The notes beneath the pieces are model-generated. The model had not been told where the DNA came from and ran no database searches. It saw nothing but the letters and a program-made list of their open reading frames with translations. Below, one piece after another: positions 21,498-34,908 of a stretch of DNA of 36,654 bases (within the stretch, counting starts at the first letter, position 1; each line of letters starts with the position of its first letter). A program made the translations under genes and the position numbers. The stretch comes from Octopus bimaculoides (lineage: Eukaryota), in NCBI RefSeq assembly GCF_001194135.2, contig NC_068992.1, positions 16,174,355 to 16,211,008 of the forward strand, read 5' to 3'.

Positions 21498-23274
21498 GTA
21501 ACACATGAAACCTGAGGTAATCTCGAAAATCCACAAACAAGTAAAATATTTATCCGCTCACACGGTGTCGAAGACGCATTATCGCTGCTCATCATTCACG
21601 TATACACATACATACCAATAGCTACACACAGACACGCGCACACACACACACACACACACNNNNNNNNNNNNNNNNNNNNNNNNNNNNNNNNNNNNNNNNN
21701 NNNNNNNNNNNNNNNNNNNNNNNNNNNNNNNNNNNNNNNNNNNNNNNNNNNNNNNNNNNNNNNNNNNNNNNNNNNNNNNNNNNNNNNNNNNNNNNNNNNN
21801 NNNNNNNNNNNNNNNNNNNNNNNNNNNNNNNNNNNNNNNNNNNNNNNNNNNNNNNNNNNNNNNNNNNNNNNNNNNNNNNNNNNNNNNNNNNNNNNNNNNN
21901 NNNNNNNNNNNNNNNNNNNNNNNNNNNNNNNNNNNNNNNNNNNNNNNNNNNNNNNNNNNNNNNNNNNNNNNNNNNNNNNNNNNNNNNNNNNNNNNNNNNN
22001 NNNNNNNNNNNNNNNNNNNNNNNNNNNNNNNNNNNNNNNNNNNNNNNNNNNNNNNNNNNNNNNNNNNNNNNNNNNNNNNNNNNNNNNNNNNNNNNNNNNN
22101 NNNNNNNNNNNNNNNNNNNNNNNNNNNNNNNNNNNNNNNNNNNNNNNNNNNNNNNNNTATATATATATATATATTTACACATCCATGTTCAAATCCATCC
22201 TTTAGCTGAGGGGAAACTATCAAGTCTTTTACATGTAAATGTGCGTGTGCGTGCATGCATATGCGTATATATTGTGTGTAGGTGTGTATATATTAATACT
22301 TTTATGGGAATACGCATAAAAATTAGTTCACATTCTGATGATTTCTAGGAAGCAGATTTCAGTGTTTCGTTGTACGTAAGCGACAAGTCTATGTTTTGAA
22401 TTCCTGAGAATTCCACAGACATATGGACATCAAACGAAATTTTAAAACTAAAGCCGCGGTGACGCTTTATGTGAAAAAGTCAGCCGGTTTTCATTACACG
22501 TGCAATGCATCCGGCAGATGGCTGTTGAATTTCGGTCTGATAATTCCATACTCAAGTCTTGAACTGACGTCAGGCAATAGTAAAAAATATTTCTCGATGA
22601 TTAGTCGACAAAATCTAACATATTCTGATAATACACGAAATTGAATCCGCACAGCCAAACCGGCCTCCATATACACATGTATTCAGTTCACAGCATTCCT
22701 GATTATTTCCACATATTCTCTAATTAGTGTTGCTTTAACATTTCTTTGTAAATAGACGAAACAGATTACATGGTTAAAATCAGTATTGATACAGTACAAT
22801 ATATCATACATAATTTCTGTATAAAATTAACGACGTTAATTGACAAACATTAGGCTGAATTGCATCGTGATATAATCTCCACGTGTAGGTTAAATAGCTA
22901 CATCTAAATCATATGATGCATAAAATGCTAAGGGCAGTATTCAGTTGACGAACATACAATTTGAATGTAGCTGTTAACTTTGGAGCGAAGCATTACGATC
23001 ATTTATGAAGCTACATGAGCAAATTGTCAAAGAACATAATCAGATCTCACTTGGAAGACTATATGCAATTAAACGATGTTGTGTTTGTGCCTGTGTGTTG
23101 GTGTCATAGTTGGTGTCATAGTTTGTAAGAAAAACGCGCGATAATAAACTGCAATTTTTCTGTAGGAGACGTAATTACAGATTCTCTTTGGTTATGTGCA
23201 AACGTTGTTAGATTACAGTCTCCGTAGAATTCTGTGCATGTCTAACTCAGTATTACATTTTCCTGTAATTACAT

Positions 23275-23502
23275 TTTCCTGGTGAATGACTAGGTGGAAA
23301 GATTCTCTGGCGTTTATACTCCGCCCGAGACAGACCACCGGTATGTTTTAAGATTAGTCATTTTTGTCAGTTGTGTGGTTTGGATCAACGTGAAATAAAG
23401 AATTTAACTCAAGGACATAAAGCATCGCCCAGCACGGGAATCGAAAAAAACAATCATACGATCCTGAGTCCCAAACACTAATCGCTAAGCCACACACCTC
23501 CA
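23275..23502 (-). mobile_element. tRNA-derived SINE, family D, diverged
   Basis: Minus strand: tggaggtgtgtggcttagcgattag...ttcgattccc...gtccttgag...ttatttcacgttgatccaaaccacacaactgacaaaaatgac. Confidence 0.7.
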
Positions 23503-24412
23503 GAGAATTGTCTATTGACACTCCATGCCACAGGACCGCCAGGTTATTGGCAAGCACCTAGCATCTAGTTTCGAAGAAAATGTCTCTGAAAACACTATTA
23601 CAAGCTGAATTGACAATAGCAACTTCATCGTTTTTAATATTATCATTTGTTCTATTAGAAAGGATCCAGGAAATCACGCTCAAATTATGCAACAGGGCAA
23701 TCATAGAAACGGAAGACACATTGAATGGTTTGTGTGTGTGTGTGTGTGTGAGAGAGAGAGTGTGTGTGTGAGTGTGTGTGAGTGTGGGTATGTGTGTGTC
23801 CCATACCTGAAATTAGACACACTTGGAATGTGTTTAGACAAAGGAATACCTGATTAGAGTTGCCCTGGACTTTAGTAACAAAAGTGACAACGACAAAAGC
23901 AAATACAATAACAGTAGATGGTATAGATTGTTCTGTTGTCATGGAGACAATGTGTCTGTCTTTGTTTGACTGGCTTAGACATGGCCGTTCGGAACATTTT
24001 TTTTTCTTCTTATGAAGCGTTTTATTAGCGAATATAAAAGAGGCATGTCTTTCAATTCCACACCATCTGCGCATCTTCTATTGGTTTCCCATCAACTCTA
24101 CCGTCCTCCATTTATTTCTCTAGCTATACACTCTGAATTAATCTTATTCTCTCTTCTTATCCCTCTCTCCACCCTCTCTCTCATTTACTTTTCCGTCATT
24201 GTTGCAGATATAACACAAGGATGTCGACAGGTAGAGAAATACAGTATTTTATTCTGGTTCAGTTTTATGCTATTCATTGTTGTGCAAAGCCTCTCCTGGC
24301 ATTTACCGATGTAAGACCTATTCGACTTACGACACTAGCAGTTATAAAAAACTTTTATTCTGTTAAATATACTTACTTTTATATGCATGTATTATTATAG
24401 GCATTTTTATCA

Positions 24413-24632
24413 ATAATCCTTTCTATTATAGGCACACGGCCTGAAATTTGGGGTGGGGAGGATAGTCGATTACATCGACCCCAGTACTCAACTGCTGCTT
24501 ATTTCCTCGATCCCCAAAGGATGAAAGGCAAAGTGGACCTCAGCGGAATTTGAACTCAGAACGTAGCGGCAGACGAAATACTGCGAACCATTTCGTCCGG
24601 CGTGCTACCGGTTCTGCCAGCTCACCGCCTTC
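24413..24632 (-). mobile_element. SINE family A copy
   Basis: Minus strand: aaggcggtgagctggcagaaccggtagcacgccggacgaaatgg...gagttcaaattccgctgaggtcc...aaatttcaggccgtgtgcctataatagaaaggattatt. Confidence 0.9.
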
Positions 24633-25189
24633 GTTTTTTTATTAATAATATATGCTCGCCGAGCAATGCACTTGCTTTTTCAAAAATTTCCCACCGTAAA
24701 ATATGCTGGTATTTTCTGTGTTATTATAAATTGTTTCGTTTTAATGTACAAACATTGTGCAGAATTGAAAAAAATACAACAAATTACAGAAGAGACGCAA
24801 AAATGAAAAAATATAATGTAATTGGAGCAGGGTATAAAAAAAATAAACATGTTTATACAACCATGCCCTAGAAAGCATTGAACGCAAAGTAAAGACCATT
24901 TCGACCTGTAAGTAGAGGAGCACAAAGCAACCCCCCCCCACACAAATCAAACACACAAACACATACACGCACATATATATATATATGTATGTGTATATAC
25001 CAATTTAAATACACACTCGGAAGAACTACTAATAGTTTCATACTTTTATGAAACTTGTACAAGTATATTTATAAAATACGCCATCTATCTTAAACCAATC
25101 TTACCGGGTCTGCTTATGCTTTGTCTATGTATGTATGTATGTATGTATGTATGTATGTATATATGTATGTGTCCTCTATGTTGTAATTA

Positions 25190-25600
25190 TTATAAATCTT
25201 CCACTGAGGAGGGAGCCGGTTCCCAACAAAGATACAAGGCTTTATCTTTGGGATGTAATTAACACAAACAAATCCACATTTGGAACTTGAGAAAAGTCTT
25301 GCATAGTTTTACTTTTCCACTCACAGATTGCACTTGTAATGTACGAGTTAGCCGGTCGATTTCTCGTTCTGAAAACAACAGAGTATCCAGATTCTCCTTT
25401 AAGCATTTACTAACAAAACGTAGTGCTTCAAGTGCCATTGGTATGATTATAAATCCATAGTCTGGATATAGAAGCTAGAGGTTTTGAAGTAGTTGTTCAT
25501 AGATATTCTCTTTTTCTTTGATTTTCAAAGAGATATTTATATCTGCAGGACAGCTGACCTTTTTATGGTACCTAACTATGCTCCTCTATTATTGATTCAT
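25190..25600 (-). mobile_element. RLE-type non-LTR retrotransposon 3' end
   Basis: VSCPADINISLKIKEKENIYEQLLQNL*LLYPDYGFIIIPMALEALRFVSKCLKENLDTLLFSEREIDRLTRTLQVQSVSGKVKLCKTFLKF (E..C...K.K..Y and IP..(G)ALG RLE motifs), then the 3' UTR motif and a (CATA)n tract. Confidence 0.8.
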
Positions 25601-25665
25601 TCCGTCTTCGGAGAACACGATTGTGTTCATAACAGACTCAATTCATTAATGTAAGTGGACTTTGA

Positions 25666-26730
25666 TATAAGGGGAGCGACTTTAAAGTTCATAGATCGAC
25701 TAACAGACTCTCATGGGATGTAACCAAATGAGGTTTATTTTTCAATGTAGTTCCCCTTGCGGCCCACACACGTATGGCAGTGCTTGGCTCCCACTGGGGA
25801 TAAATTTTTCGTCCTGTTGATAAAAAAAAAATCATCAATGCCAGATATGACGTCATCATCACTGCGATATTGCTTCCGAGACAAAGTGCTTTTTTTCTTT
25901 TTACTTTTGGGAATACATGAGAGTCATATGAGGCTAAAGCAGAAGAATAGAGATGGCTATCAACAGTTCAAATCCACTGTCATGCACAGCAGCCATTGAA
26001 ACCAAGCACTCGTCTGCTAAATCATTGTTCTCATAAAAGAAGATCCATTACTTGAGTTTCTTGGTATTAAAGGCTTTTTGTAACTGCAACTGCAAGTTGG
26101 AATGATATTCTTCATGGATGGTGTGGCCCTTTGCAATAGGCCTCTTGTATCCCATAAAAGTGAGGCCATCACTTTCCCTACAGATGAAACGAACTTGGTC
26201 TTCTTTAGAGCAGGCACGGGGACTGGGATTACTGCATGAATTGTCTCTTTTCCTGAGTTAGGAAGCATTCAGGGAAACCAGTTGGATACTCCTCAAACAA
26301 TGTCAGATTTCCCCATAATATGATCAACCTGGCGCGATTTCGATCAGGTGTCAGAATGCATGGCACCCACCGAGCAGAAACCTTCACCATGCAAAATTCA
26401 TTATGCAGAGTTTTCTCAACTCTCTTACGGGATATACAGATATCATTGTCTATTTGATATAGACAATTGCCTCTCATCCATCACCATGTGGTGACCACGA
26501 TCAATTGCTTCACCGGTGGTAGCAGTGACAGGACGTCTAGACCTGGGGGTCATCTTCAAAACTTTCCTTCCCTCTCCTAAATTCGGTTGCCCTCTTTTGC
26601 ACGTTGATAAGGCTAGACCGTCATCTGTTAACGTAGCAGCCATGTCAGCGTTAAGGGTGCTTGGGAGCCAAACCACTTTCTTCAGGTAATTGATAATGAT
26701 GCCAAATTGTGTCCATTTTCAAGAAAGAAT
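25666..26730 (-). mobile_element. Decayed mariner-family DNA transposon (transposase pseudogene, one TIR retained)
   Basis: ATG at about 26716. PRSRRPVTATTGEAID, KVSARWVP, KVMASLLWDTRG, YSSALASYDSHVFP (= YSPDLAPSD motif), ends ...KGNYIEK*. TIR-like TA(TA)AGGGGAGCGACTTTAAAGTTCATAG at 25666. The 5' TIR is not seen. Confidence 0.9.
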
Positions 26731-27668
26731 AAACCATAAGAAGTATATAATTTTTTCCTTCATTTTTGATCTTCAAAAATACCTAATTTTTAGGAAGACA
26801 GAATGGACTAAAGAGAACATGAGGAGATACGTGGCATAGAGAGTCGCTGAAGAGGTCACAGGATATATAACGAAAGATTTCCTAACGAAGAATATCATAT
26901 AACAATAATATGTCTGAAATGGAAAGCAAATATATAGTGCCTGTGTTTATCTGGCAAAAAAAAAAAAATGACAAAATACCATTTCGAAATATAATAACAT
27001 AAGTCTTACATATATAGTAAATAATATAAGTTTAACGATTTCCATTATTACTATTAATAAATTGTTTTGTTTTTACAAACAATTATTCGTTGTTTCTTTC
27101 TAAGGATTTAATTATATTCGACTACAGCAATGATTGCTAAAAAGTTAAATAATGTAATTCCTTTCTCTCATGCAATGCCTTCAACTTCATTTATTCCCCA
27201 AGGAGATTCTAAGATGCTGCAATTTAAAATATTTATCACATTAAAAGAATTGTTTTATTTTCCCTTTTTGTTCGCCAGCCATATCTGCACCTCTTGACGC
27301 ATTTGCCTCGTTTCCTTTCATAAATATTTGATGTATTTTGAAGTGCATCATTTGGGAATAACTTTTACGTAAAAATATCTTTGTCTTCTTATTTCTTTCT
27401 TTTAGTCTTTCTTTATAACACGTTCTAACTCTCAGACCGAGTTCATAGAATATCAAAAAGAATAATACTGCGTCTTCTGTCAGCAGAGTCGTTTACTTTT
27501 GTTAAGTGTGTCTCGCTGGATCACCCACTGTGGTGAAGATAAGTACAATACTTGGATAAACGTCACCTACAAAAAGATGGTGATTGTATGTATGTATGTA
27601 TGTATGTATGTATGTATGTATGTATGTATGTATGTATATGTGTGTGTATATATGTCTATATATATGTA

Positions 27669-27717
<49 letters not shown>

Positions 27718-29144
27718 AAGAAAAGAAAATGGAGATTGGAAAGTTGTTTCTTATTAACCATATAGTATTTAATATCAACATTNNNNNNNNNNATATATAT
27801 ATATATAAATACATCCTACCTAACTACCTATCTATGTAGCTGTCTGTCTTTCTGAACGTCTGTCATTCTGTCTATTTCTTAGTCTACCAGCGAGATGCAG
27901 CTATACAAAGAGACACACACAGTCTTAAAAAGTTTTTGCAAAATTCTTTATTTCATCCTCGTAGACGTTGATATATCCTGACTTGTCTTATAAGCGGTCT
28001 AAGTTTTATTTGATCGAGCCAGAACTATATCAGGAAAAACGTGAATATCAAATAAATAAAACAATAATATTTTCATCTCGCCTTTCGGTAAATGTAATAC
28101 AATGTAGAATTCCCGAATAATTACTTTTACTAATGCTGAAAAGCAGCTAACAATTGAAGAAGAGTCGTTCGTTATGTTGTTTGTCTTGTCTTCCATTTGT
28201 GTCGCTGATTGTTCGAAAAAAATAGTTCGTATTCCTTGTAGTCGTACTTCGTATTTTGTTTTTTATGTTGCATACATTTCATGACGTTCTGTGACTACAT
28301 ATGCATATATGTATGTACATAGACGTGTGTATATATGCCTATATATATTATATATATATATTATATATAATTATCATGCTTGTCAGCATCACTATCGGCA
28401 TCACTTCTCGCGATTCCTCTGATACCCGCTCTTCATCCGTTAGACCTTGTCCTGAATAAAAATTTCGAAGTTTAATTCCAAATCATTTGAACACGTGTCT
28501 GTGAATATCTGTTTGTACGTATTTTTTTATGTATATATGCACATATACGTGCTTATGTGCATGTAATAATGCATGTTTATGCATTCATTTTACATGTCAA
28601 AGCAAGCTTGTTTATCCACTATTTCAAATAATAGGAATTACATGTAGCATTTATAAAGAAATGCCTGTTTAAAAAGAACGGTAATTCCAATAATGCTAAT
28701 CATAGAATAAAGTTTTCACTGAAGTCATACAACGCTGCATAGAATTATTTCGGTTTCTGTGGAATGTTTTCTACATAATGTTTATTTCCCATGTATGTTT
28801 TCATTCCTTTAAATTAGTTTTAGCCATCACGACCTAGGTGTACATGGATCGCTATATTGCGAATTAATATAATTCTATTTATGAATGAACAATACAGCAA
28901 TTGTATGTAGAACTCGTTTCCTGTTTAATTTGTTGCCATTGCTTACAGATTCGTTAGTTCACTTCGTGCAATTCAGATTCTTAATACATAGCGGTTTGAT
29001 TTTCTTATTCCGTAGATGTAATTCCTCTATATTGAAATGTATAAAATTGCAAAATGTTAATTCACTTCAAATATACAACACTAATCAAACGTTCAGTAAC
29101 GTGACAAATATCATACGAGTATATATACATATATCTTTTACTTG

Positions 29145-29382
29145 CATTAGTCATTTGATTACGGCTATACTGGGGCAACGGCTTGAAGGATTTCAGTCGA
29201 ACAAATCGACGACAGGGCACATTTTTTAAAACTCAGTTCTCATTCCATCAGTTGCATTGCCGAACCGCTAAGATACGGTGGTGTAAACGCACTAACACCG
29301 GTTGTCAATCGATGGTGGGTGCCAAACACAGACGCAAAGATATATGTGTGTGTGTGCGTGCGTGTGTGTGTGTGTGTGTACG

Positions 29383-29431
<49 letters not shown>

Positions 29432-30260
29432 NNNNNNNNNNNNNNNNNNNNNNNNNNNNNNNNNNNNNNNNNNNNNNNNNNNNNNNNNNNNNNNNNNNNN
29501 NNNNNNNNNNNNNNNNNNNNNNNNNNNNNNNNNNNNNNNNNNNNNNNNNNNNNNNNNNNNNNNNNNNNNNNNNNNNNNNNNNNNNNNNNNNNNNNNNNNN
29601 NNNNNNNNNNNNNNNNNNNNNNNNNNNNNNNNNNNNNNNNNNNNNNNNNNNNNNNNNNNNNNNNNNNNNNNNNNNNNNNNNNNNNNNNNNNNNNNNNNNN
29701 NNNNNNNNNNNNNNNNNNNNNNNNNNNNNNNNNNNNNNNNNNNNNNNNNNNNNNNNNNNNNNNNNNNNNNNNNNNNNNNNNNNNNNNNNNNNNNNNNNNN
29801 NNNNNNNNNNNNNNNNNNNNNNNNNNNNNNNNNNNNNNNNNNNNNNNNNNNNNNNNNNNNNNNNNNNNNNNNNNNNNNNNNNNNNNNNNNNNNNNNNNNN
29901 NNNNNNNNNNNNNNNNNNNNNNNNNNNNNNNNNNNNNNNNNNNNNNNNNNNNNNNNNNNNNNNNNNNNNNNNNNNNNNNNNNNNNNNNNNNNNNNNNNNN
30001 NNNNNNNNNNNNNNNNNNNNNNNNNNNNNNNNNNNNNNNNNNNNNNNNNNNNNNNNNNNNNNNNNNNNNNNNNNNNNNNNATATATATATATATATAGTT
30101 ATATGACGCGCTTCTTTCAGTTTCCGTCTATCAAGATCCCTCACAAGGCTTTGGTTGACCCAAGGCTATAATAGAAGACGTTTGCCCAAGGTGCCATGCA
30201 CTGACACTGAACATGAAACCATATGGTTGGGAAGCAGGCGTGTTACACAGAGCCACACGA
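29145..30260 (-). mobile_element. SINE family B copy split by an internal microsatellite that contains the 29432-30080 gap
   Basis: Head at 30105-30260 (ccttgggcaaacgtcttctattatagccttgggtcaaccaaagccttgtgag) and 3' domain at 29145-29335 are in the same orientation and order as 20336-20732. Confidence 0.8.
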
Positions 30261-31244
30261 TTATAAATTATTTTCTAACGAAATATGACATCCAGAATTA
30301 ATTATGCTTTTAGGAGCTGGAATGATTGCGTGGCAGAAAATAATTGTAATCATGTTTGTATTGCTAAGAATAGTTGCGAGGATGGTGGCTCAGTAATAGA
30401 TCGTTCAACGTACAGTAGTGTCGCAAAGAGCAGATTAACTTGTATGTACAGTTAGATATACGACCGCTACTACTGATTTCTGAAACCTCTCCTACGTTTG
30501 CTCGCTATGTACGTTTCAACCTTGTTCTTGTGTGGAACGTCTGCATTTTATATTCCAAATGCAAATTCGACGCTTAACCACAATGGATTATCATGGAAAA
30601 TTTCCTTTACATTATGCCAGCGGCAGTAAATGATCTGTTGTTATAAACAACCAATTGCATATGGAACATATGAAGCAGAAGTCCCAAAGAAACACAACGT
30701 ACGTGAGGAGAAAACGATAACAACTTGCGCTTATCATAATTTCTCATATATATATATATATATATANNNNNNNNNNNNNNNNNNNNNNNNNNNNNNNNNN
30801 NNNNNNNNNNNNNNNNNNNNNNNNNNNNNNNNNNNNNNNNNNNNNNNNNNNNNNNNNNNNNNNNNNNNNNNNNNNNNNNNNNNNNNNNNNNNNNNNNNNN
30901 NNNNNNNNNNNNNNNNNNNNNNNNNNNNNNNNNNNNNNNNNNNNNNNNNNNNNNNNNNNNNNNNNNNNNNNNNNNNNNNNNNNNNNNNNNNNNNNNNNNN
31001 NNNNNNNNNNNNNNNNNNNNNNNNNNNNNNNNNNNNNNNNNNNNNNNNNNNNNNNNNNNNNNNNNNNNNNNNNNNNNNNNNNNNNNNNNNNNNNNNNNNN
31101 NNNNNNNNNNNNNNNNNNNNNNNNNNNNNNNNNNNNNNNNNNNNNNNNNNNNNNNNNNNNNNNNNNNNNNNNNNNNNNNNNNNNNNNNNNNNNNNNNNNN
31201 NNNNNNNNNNNNNNNNNNNNNNNNNNNNNNNNNNNNNNNNNNNN

Positions 31245-31275
<31 letters not shown>

Positions 31276-32851
31276 AATATACATACATGATAAGCGAAAT
31301 AACTGAAATGAAACTAGATACGAGTAATGGAATTGAATAATGAGGCTTGGAATTTCTTTTGCAAATTACTATTATTTGTCGACTTTTGATCTGCTAGATC
31401 ATGACACGGACTCTGTCTGTTGCTTCTCATTTCTTATTTTTGCAAAGACATAGCAATTTAAAGAATAACAGTGATAGTTACCAATTTAAGCTACGAGTCA
31501 ACGTTTCCAGAGATTAATATGTAGTTGCATCAATAAACATTCCAAGAAGAGATGTGACGACAAACTTTATAAGTAATTAAAACTTAGTAAATGAATGCTT
31601 TTGGGCTAAAACTGTTGTTAATCATTGCTAATTGTATGCATACATGCGTGCAGGAGACTTTAAATGAGGATAGAAATGCATGATTGGATAGAAAGTTTTC
31701 AGCGATTTAAGTCCTCAGCTAAAAATAATACAAACAAAAAGTGTCTTGGAGGTTAACTGTGAAATAAAATTTCAATTTCGAATTTGCAACTGAAGTAAAT
31801 GAAGTCAGCATATCTGTTGGAATATGTTTCACACCTGGGTTTGTTTTGTATAATTCATGGCACATAGAAAATTCACTGTTCACCTACACATGCGTACACG
31901 CACACTCTTACGCGCACACATACACAAGTATATTATTGATGCAATTATCGTAACAGTGTTATTAGCAATTGCTGATGCCTGTGCTTTTTAACGTGAATGT
32001 TAGATAATGATGTAGAGAAACGTTTTAGAATTTCATTAATACAGTAACAGAACCTAAAAGGGAAATTAACTCAAACCTTCGAATATTGGACAAATTTGAG
32101 CATTATTAATCTATGAACCACAACAAATTATGTCGAATAACTGAGAACACTTTTAAGATGCGACATAATCAATAAAAATATTCTTTGAAATTCTCGGATG
32201 AATGTCAGATGTAATTTAGTACAAACCTATTCAGGTTGTGAAATTATTAAATTTAATTTTGCGGATAAAATGGGAGATATTCGTGTATGCACGAATATGA
32301 TGGTATTAAACATGAATCAATAACGTGCAATAACTTATATACCTTGCTATGTTTCACCTTTCGTAGTATATCGGTGAATGATGTAATCACAGACAGAAAC
32401 ATAGCTATTGTTGGAAATAAGAGTGGTAGATACCCACATGTTGCTCTCGTGATGAGAAATTGCTTGAATCAGTAATCGGTCCGCTGTGAACTTATAACTA
32501 ATGAAGCTACTGTTCAGCATATCATGCAATATTAGATGCAATAGAAAAATAGATAAGTCAAGAAAGGCAATGCAATGTTTTATATATAAAACACAACAAA
32601 ATATAAATACAGCACGCGCAATACAATATTATATATTCTTGTATTCTTCCTTTCTACTTGGAGAGTTTAAATGTAGTTACAACAATACGTCCTTCTGATG
32701 AAATGAAATTTCAGTAAATTTCTATATCTTTGTGCAGCTAAGGATTACTCTGCATTCTACATTTGATGTAATGTTCACATTGCTTAAATAAATGGGGTCG
32801 CATGAAACGATCGTACTGCATTAACTTTGGATATCCTTGCTGCTTATTTTG

Positions 32852-32895
<44 letters not shown>

Positions 32896-33946
32896 GTATA
32901 TATATATTTATTTATGTATTTATATATATATATATATAAATATTAATATATATATATGAATATATATATGTACATATGTATATATACATGAATATATATA
33001 CACACTTAATATATATTCTTTAAACGGCCTACAAATTCATATCATTTTTAACAGTCCGATTTAGTTCACTAACATTAGATCCACTATCTTTAAACGAAGC
33101 CTCTACTGTTACTTAAATTTATTGCCAGATTGCGAATGTTTGGTAGCAAGCACAGATGTATATGCAAGCAAAATGTTTAACTCTCGGTTACATTCCCAGC
33201 TTGGTTGCTTTTAGACCTATCATTGATTTACTAGAAATTCCAGCCATGCATTACACAACTCTACCATTAATGTTTACACAATGGAAGGTCAAAGTGGGTA
33301 ATGTGGTTAGAGATATACACAAGAGTTACATTTGGAACACATTTCATCAAAGTTCAAGTTCTAATTTAACTGGAGTGACCCAGGTTAAGAAGTAGCAATG
33401 ACATATTATCGGAGGGGAGTCATTGTGCCAGAAATCCACTGCTGCAATCACTTAACAGTCTTTGTATAGCTACAAGCGTTGTTTCACTCTCCGTGTAAAA
33501 GTTCATGTAATTGTCATTTCAGTGTATGTTTAGTTTTCCAAGTATCAGCGTAGAGGCATCATTGTTAATTTGTTCAGCCATTGCAGACTCCTGGACGTGG
33601 AAATAGCGATTATTCTACAGCAAATGCTGACTCACACATACTCAGCTTCACCACTCGTAAATGAAGTCAATATCCGATGAAGTAAATTGAAAGTTTCAAT
33701 CAGTGATATATATATATTCGTGAGGTAATATAATACGAGAGATCATTAAATAAAACGTATCGATTTCGTTATTTCCAGATAAGAAAATCACTCTAACTTT
33801 CTTGTAAAATAATTTTGAAGATTTGACCTCTTGAGTCTTATTAAATTTAGGCACAGTATTTCACACAGAAACACACACACACACACACGTAAATTTACAC
33901 ATACACACATATACAAACGTAAGTTTATATATATATATATATATGC

Positions 33947-33979
<33 letters not shown>

Positions 33980-34044
33980 AATATACATATATACATATGC
34001 ATGTATGTATGTTTGTATCTCTCTCTCTTTCTCTCACTCTCTCT

Positions 34045-34078
<34 letters not shown>

Positions 34079-34329
34079 CAGTTAGTATATATCATTCAAT
34101 ACACCAATACACTGATTAAATCGTCTGGTGAGATACATGTATATAACCCACTGTAGGTTTTTCATAAACATTTTCCAGATTACTACTTTCATGATTTCAG
34201 CTTTTATTCGTTTTTATTCCTTACATAACAATTCAATTTCTGCAATCTATAATAAATTTCGGTTTCTCTATTACAACACAGACGTGGTTATAAATATTTT
34301 ACTAAATAAAATCAGCAAGTAGAATGAAA

Positions 34330-34508
34330 TTGAATTGATAACTTTACAACATTTTACACGTGACGATTTCGTCGTTTGTCACGATGAGTATTCCGGTTCT
34401 TCGTTATTTTAGGATCGATGAAATAACGCAGTAGAGATGTACAACAAACAATTTGATCAGATTTGCCCTGTCCCCAAATTGTGTGGGCGTTTGTCGATAC
34501 GGGAAATT
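34330..34508 (+). mobile_element. SINE family A copy, very diverged (unit 1 of second tandem trio)
   Basis: atttcgtcg...gagt...ttttaggatcgatgaaataa...ccccaaattgtgtggg...gggaaattaat. Confidence 0.5.
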
Positions 34509-34509
34509 A

Positions 34510-34690
34510 ATATCGTTAGCAACTCTGTTCAATTTTATTAATTTGTCTCACTTCTCGGTGAGGTCAAGTTTGGCTTTTGTCCTTTCGGGGTCGATGAAAT
34601 AAGTATTATTTGAGTACAAGGGGTTGATGTAATCAACATTCCCTTTCGCCCCAAATTTCATATTGTGTGCCGATAATAGAACGGATTACT
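34510..34690 (+). mobile_element. SINE family A copy (unit 2)
   Basis: atcgttagc...gaggtcaagtttggcttttgtcctttcggggtcgatgaaataagta...ccaaatttca...atagaacggattact. Confidence 0.75.
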
Positions 34691-34708
34691 TTGTCTCCCT
34701 TTGTAAAA

Positions 34709-34908
34709 GCAGCGATCTGGCACAATCCAGGAATAGTTATTAGCTATATTTCTTTCGGTGTTACTGTTTGAATTGCGCCGAGGTCGATCGTGCTGTCTAT
34801 TATTTCAGTGTCAGTAAAATAAATACCAATTACACGTTGGAATCGATGTGATCGACCTGCCCTCTCGCCTCAAACTTGCTCTCTTGTGCCCAAATTTGAA
34901 ACAATTAT
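34709..34908 (+). mobile_element. SINE family A copy (unit 3)
   Basis: gcagcgatctggcacaat...gccgaggtcga...aaataaatacca...gatgtgatcgac...ttgtgcccaaatttgaaacaattatt. Confidence 0.7.

Noticed and set aside
23850-24010. Two open frames (VALDFSNKSDNDKSKYNNSRWYRLFCCHGD; ELPWTLVTKVTTTK...)
   Set aside because: No recognisable family and no donor site before the stop.
27999-28196. Minus-strand ORF MEDKTNNITNDSSSIVSCFSALVK..., resembling a glycosylated receptor N-terminus
   Set aside because: Only 65 aa, with no recognisable domain, no clear transmembrane continuation and no convincing splice context. The opposite strand is equally open. RNA-seq or BLASTX would be needed.
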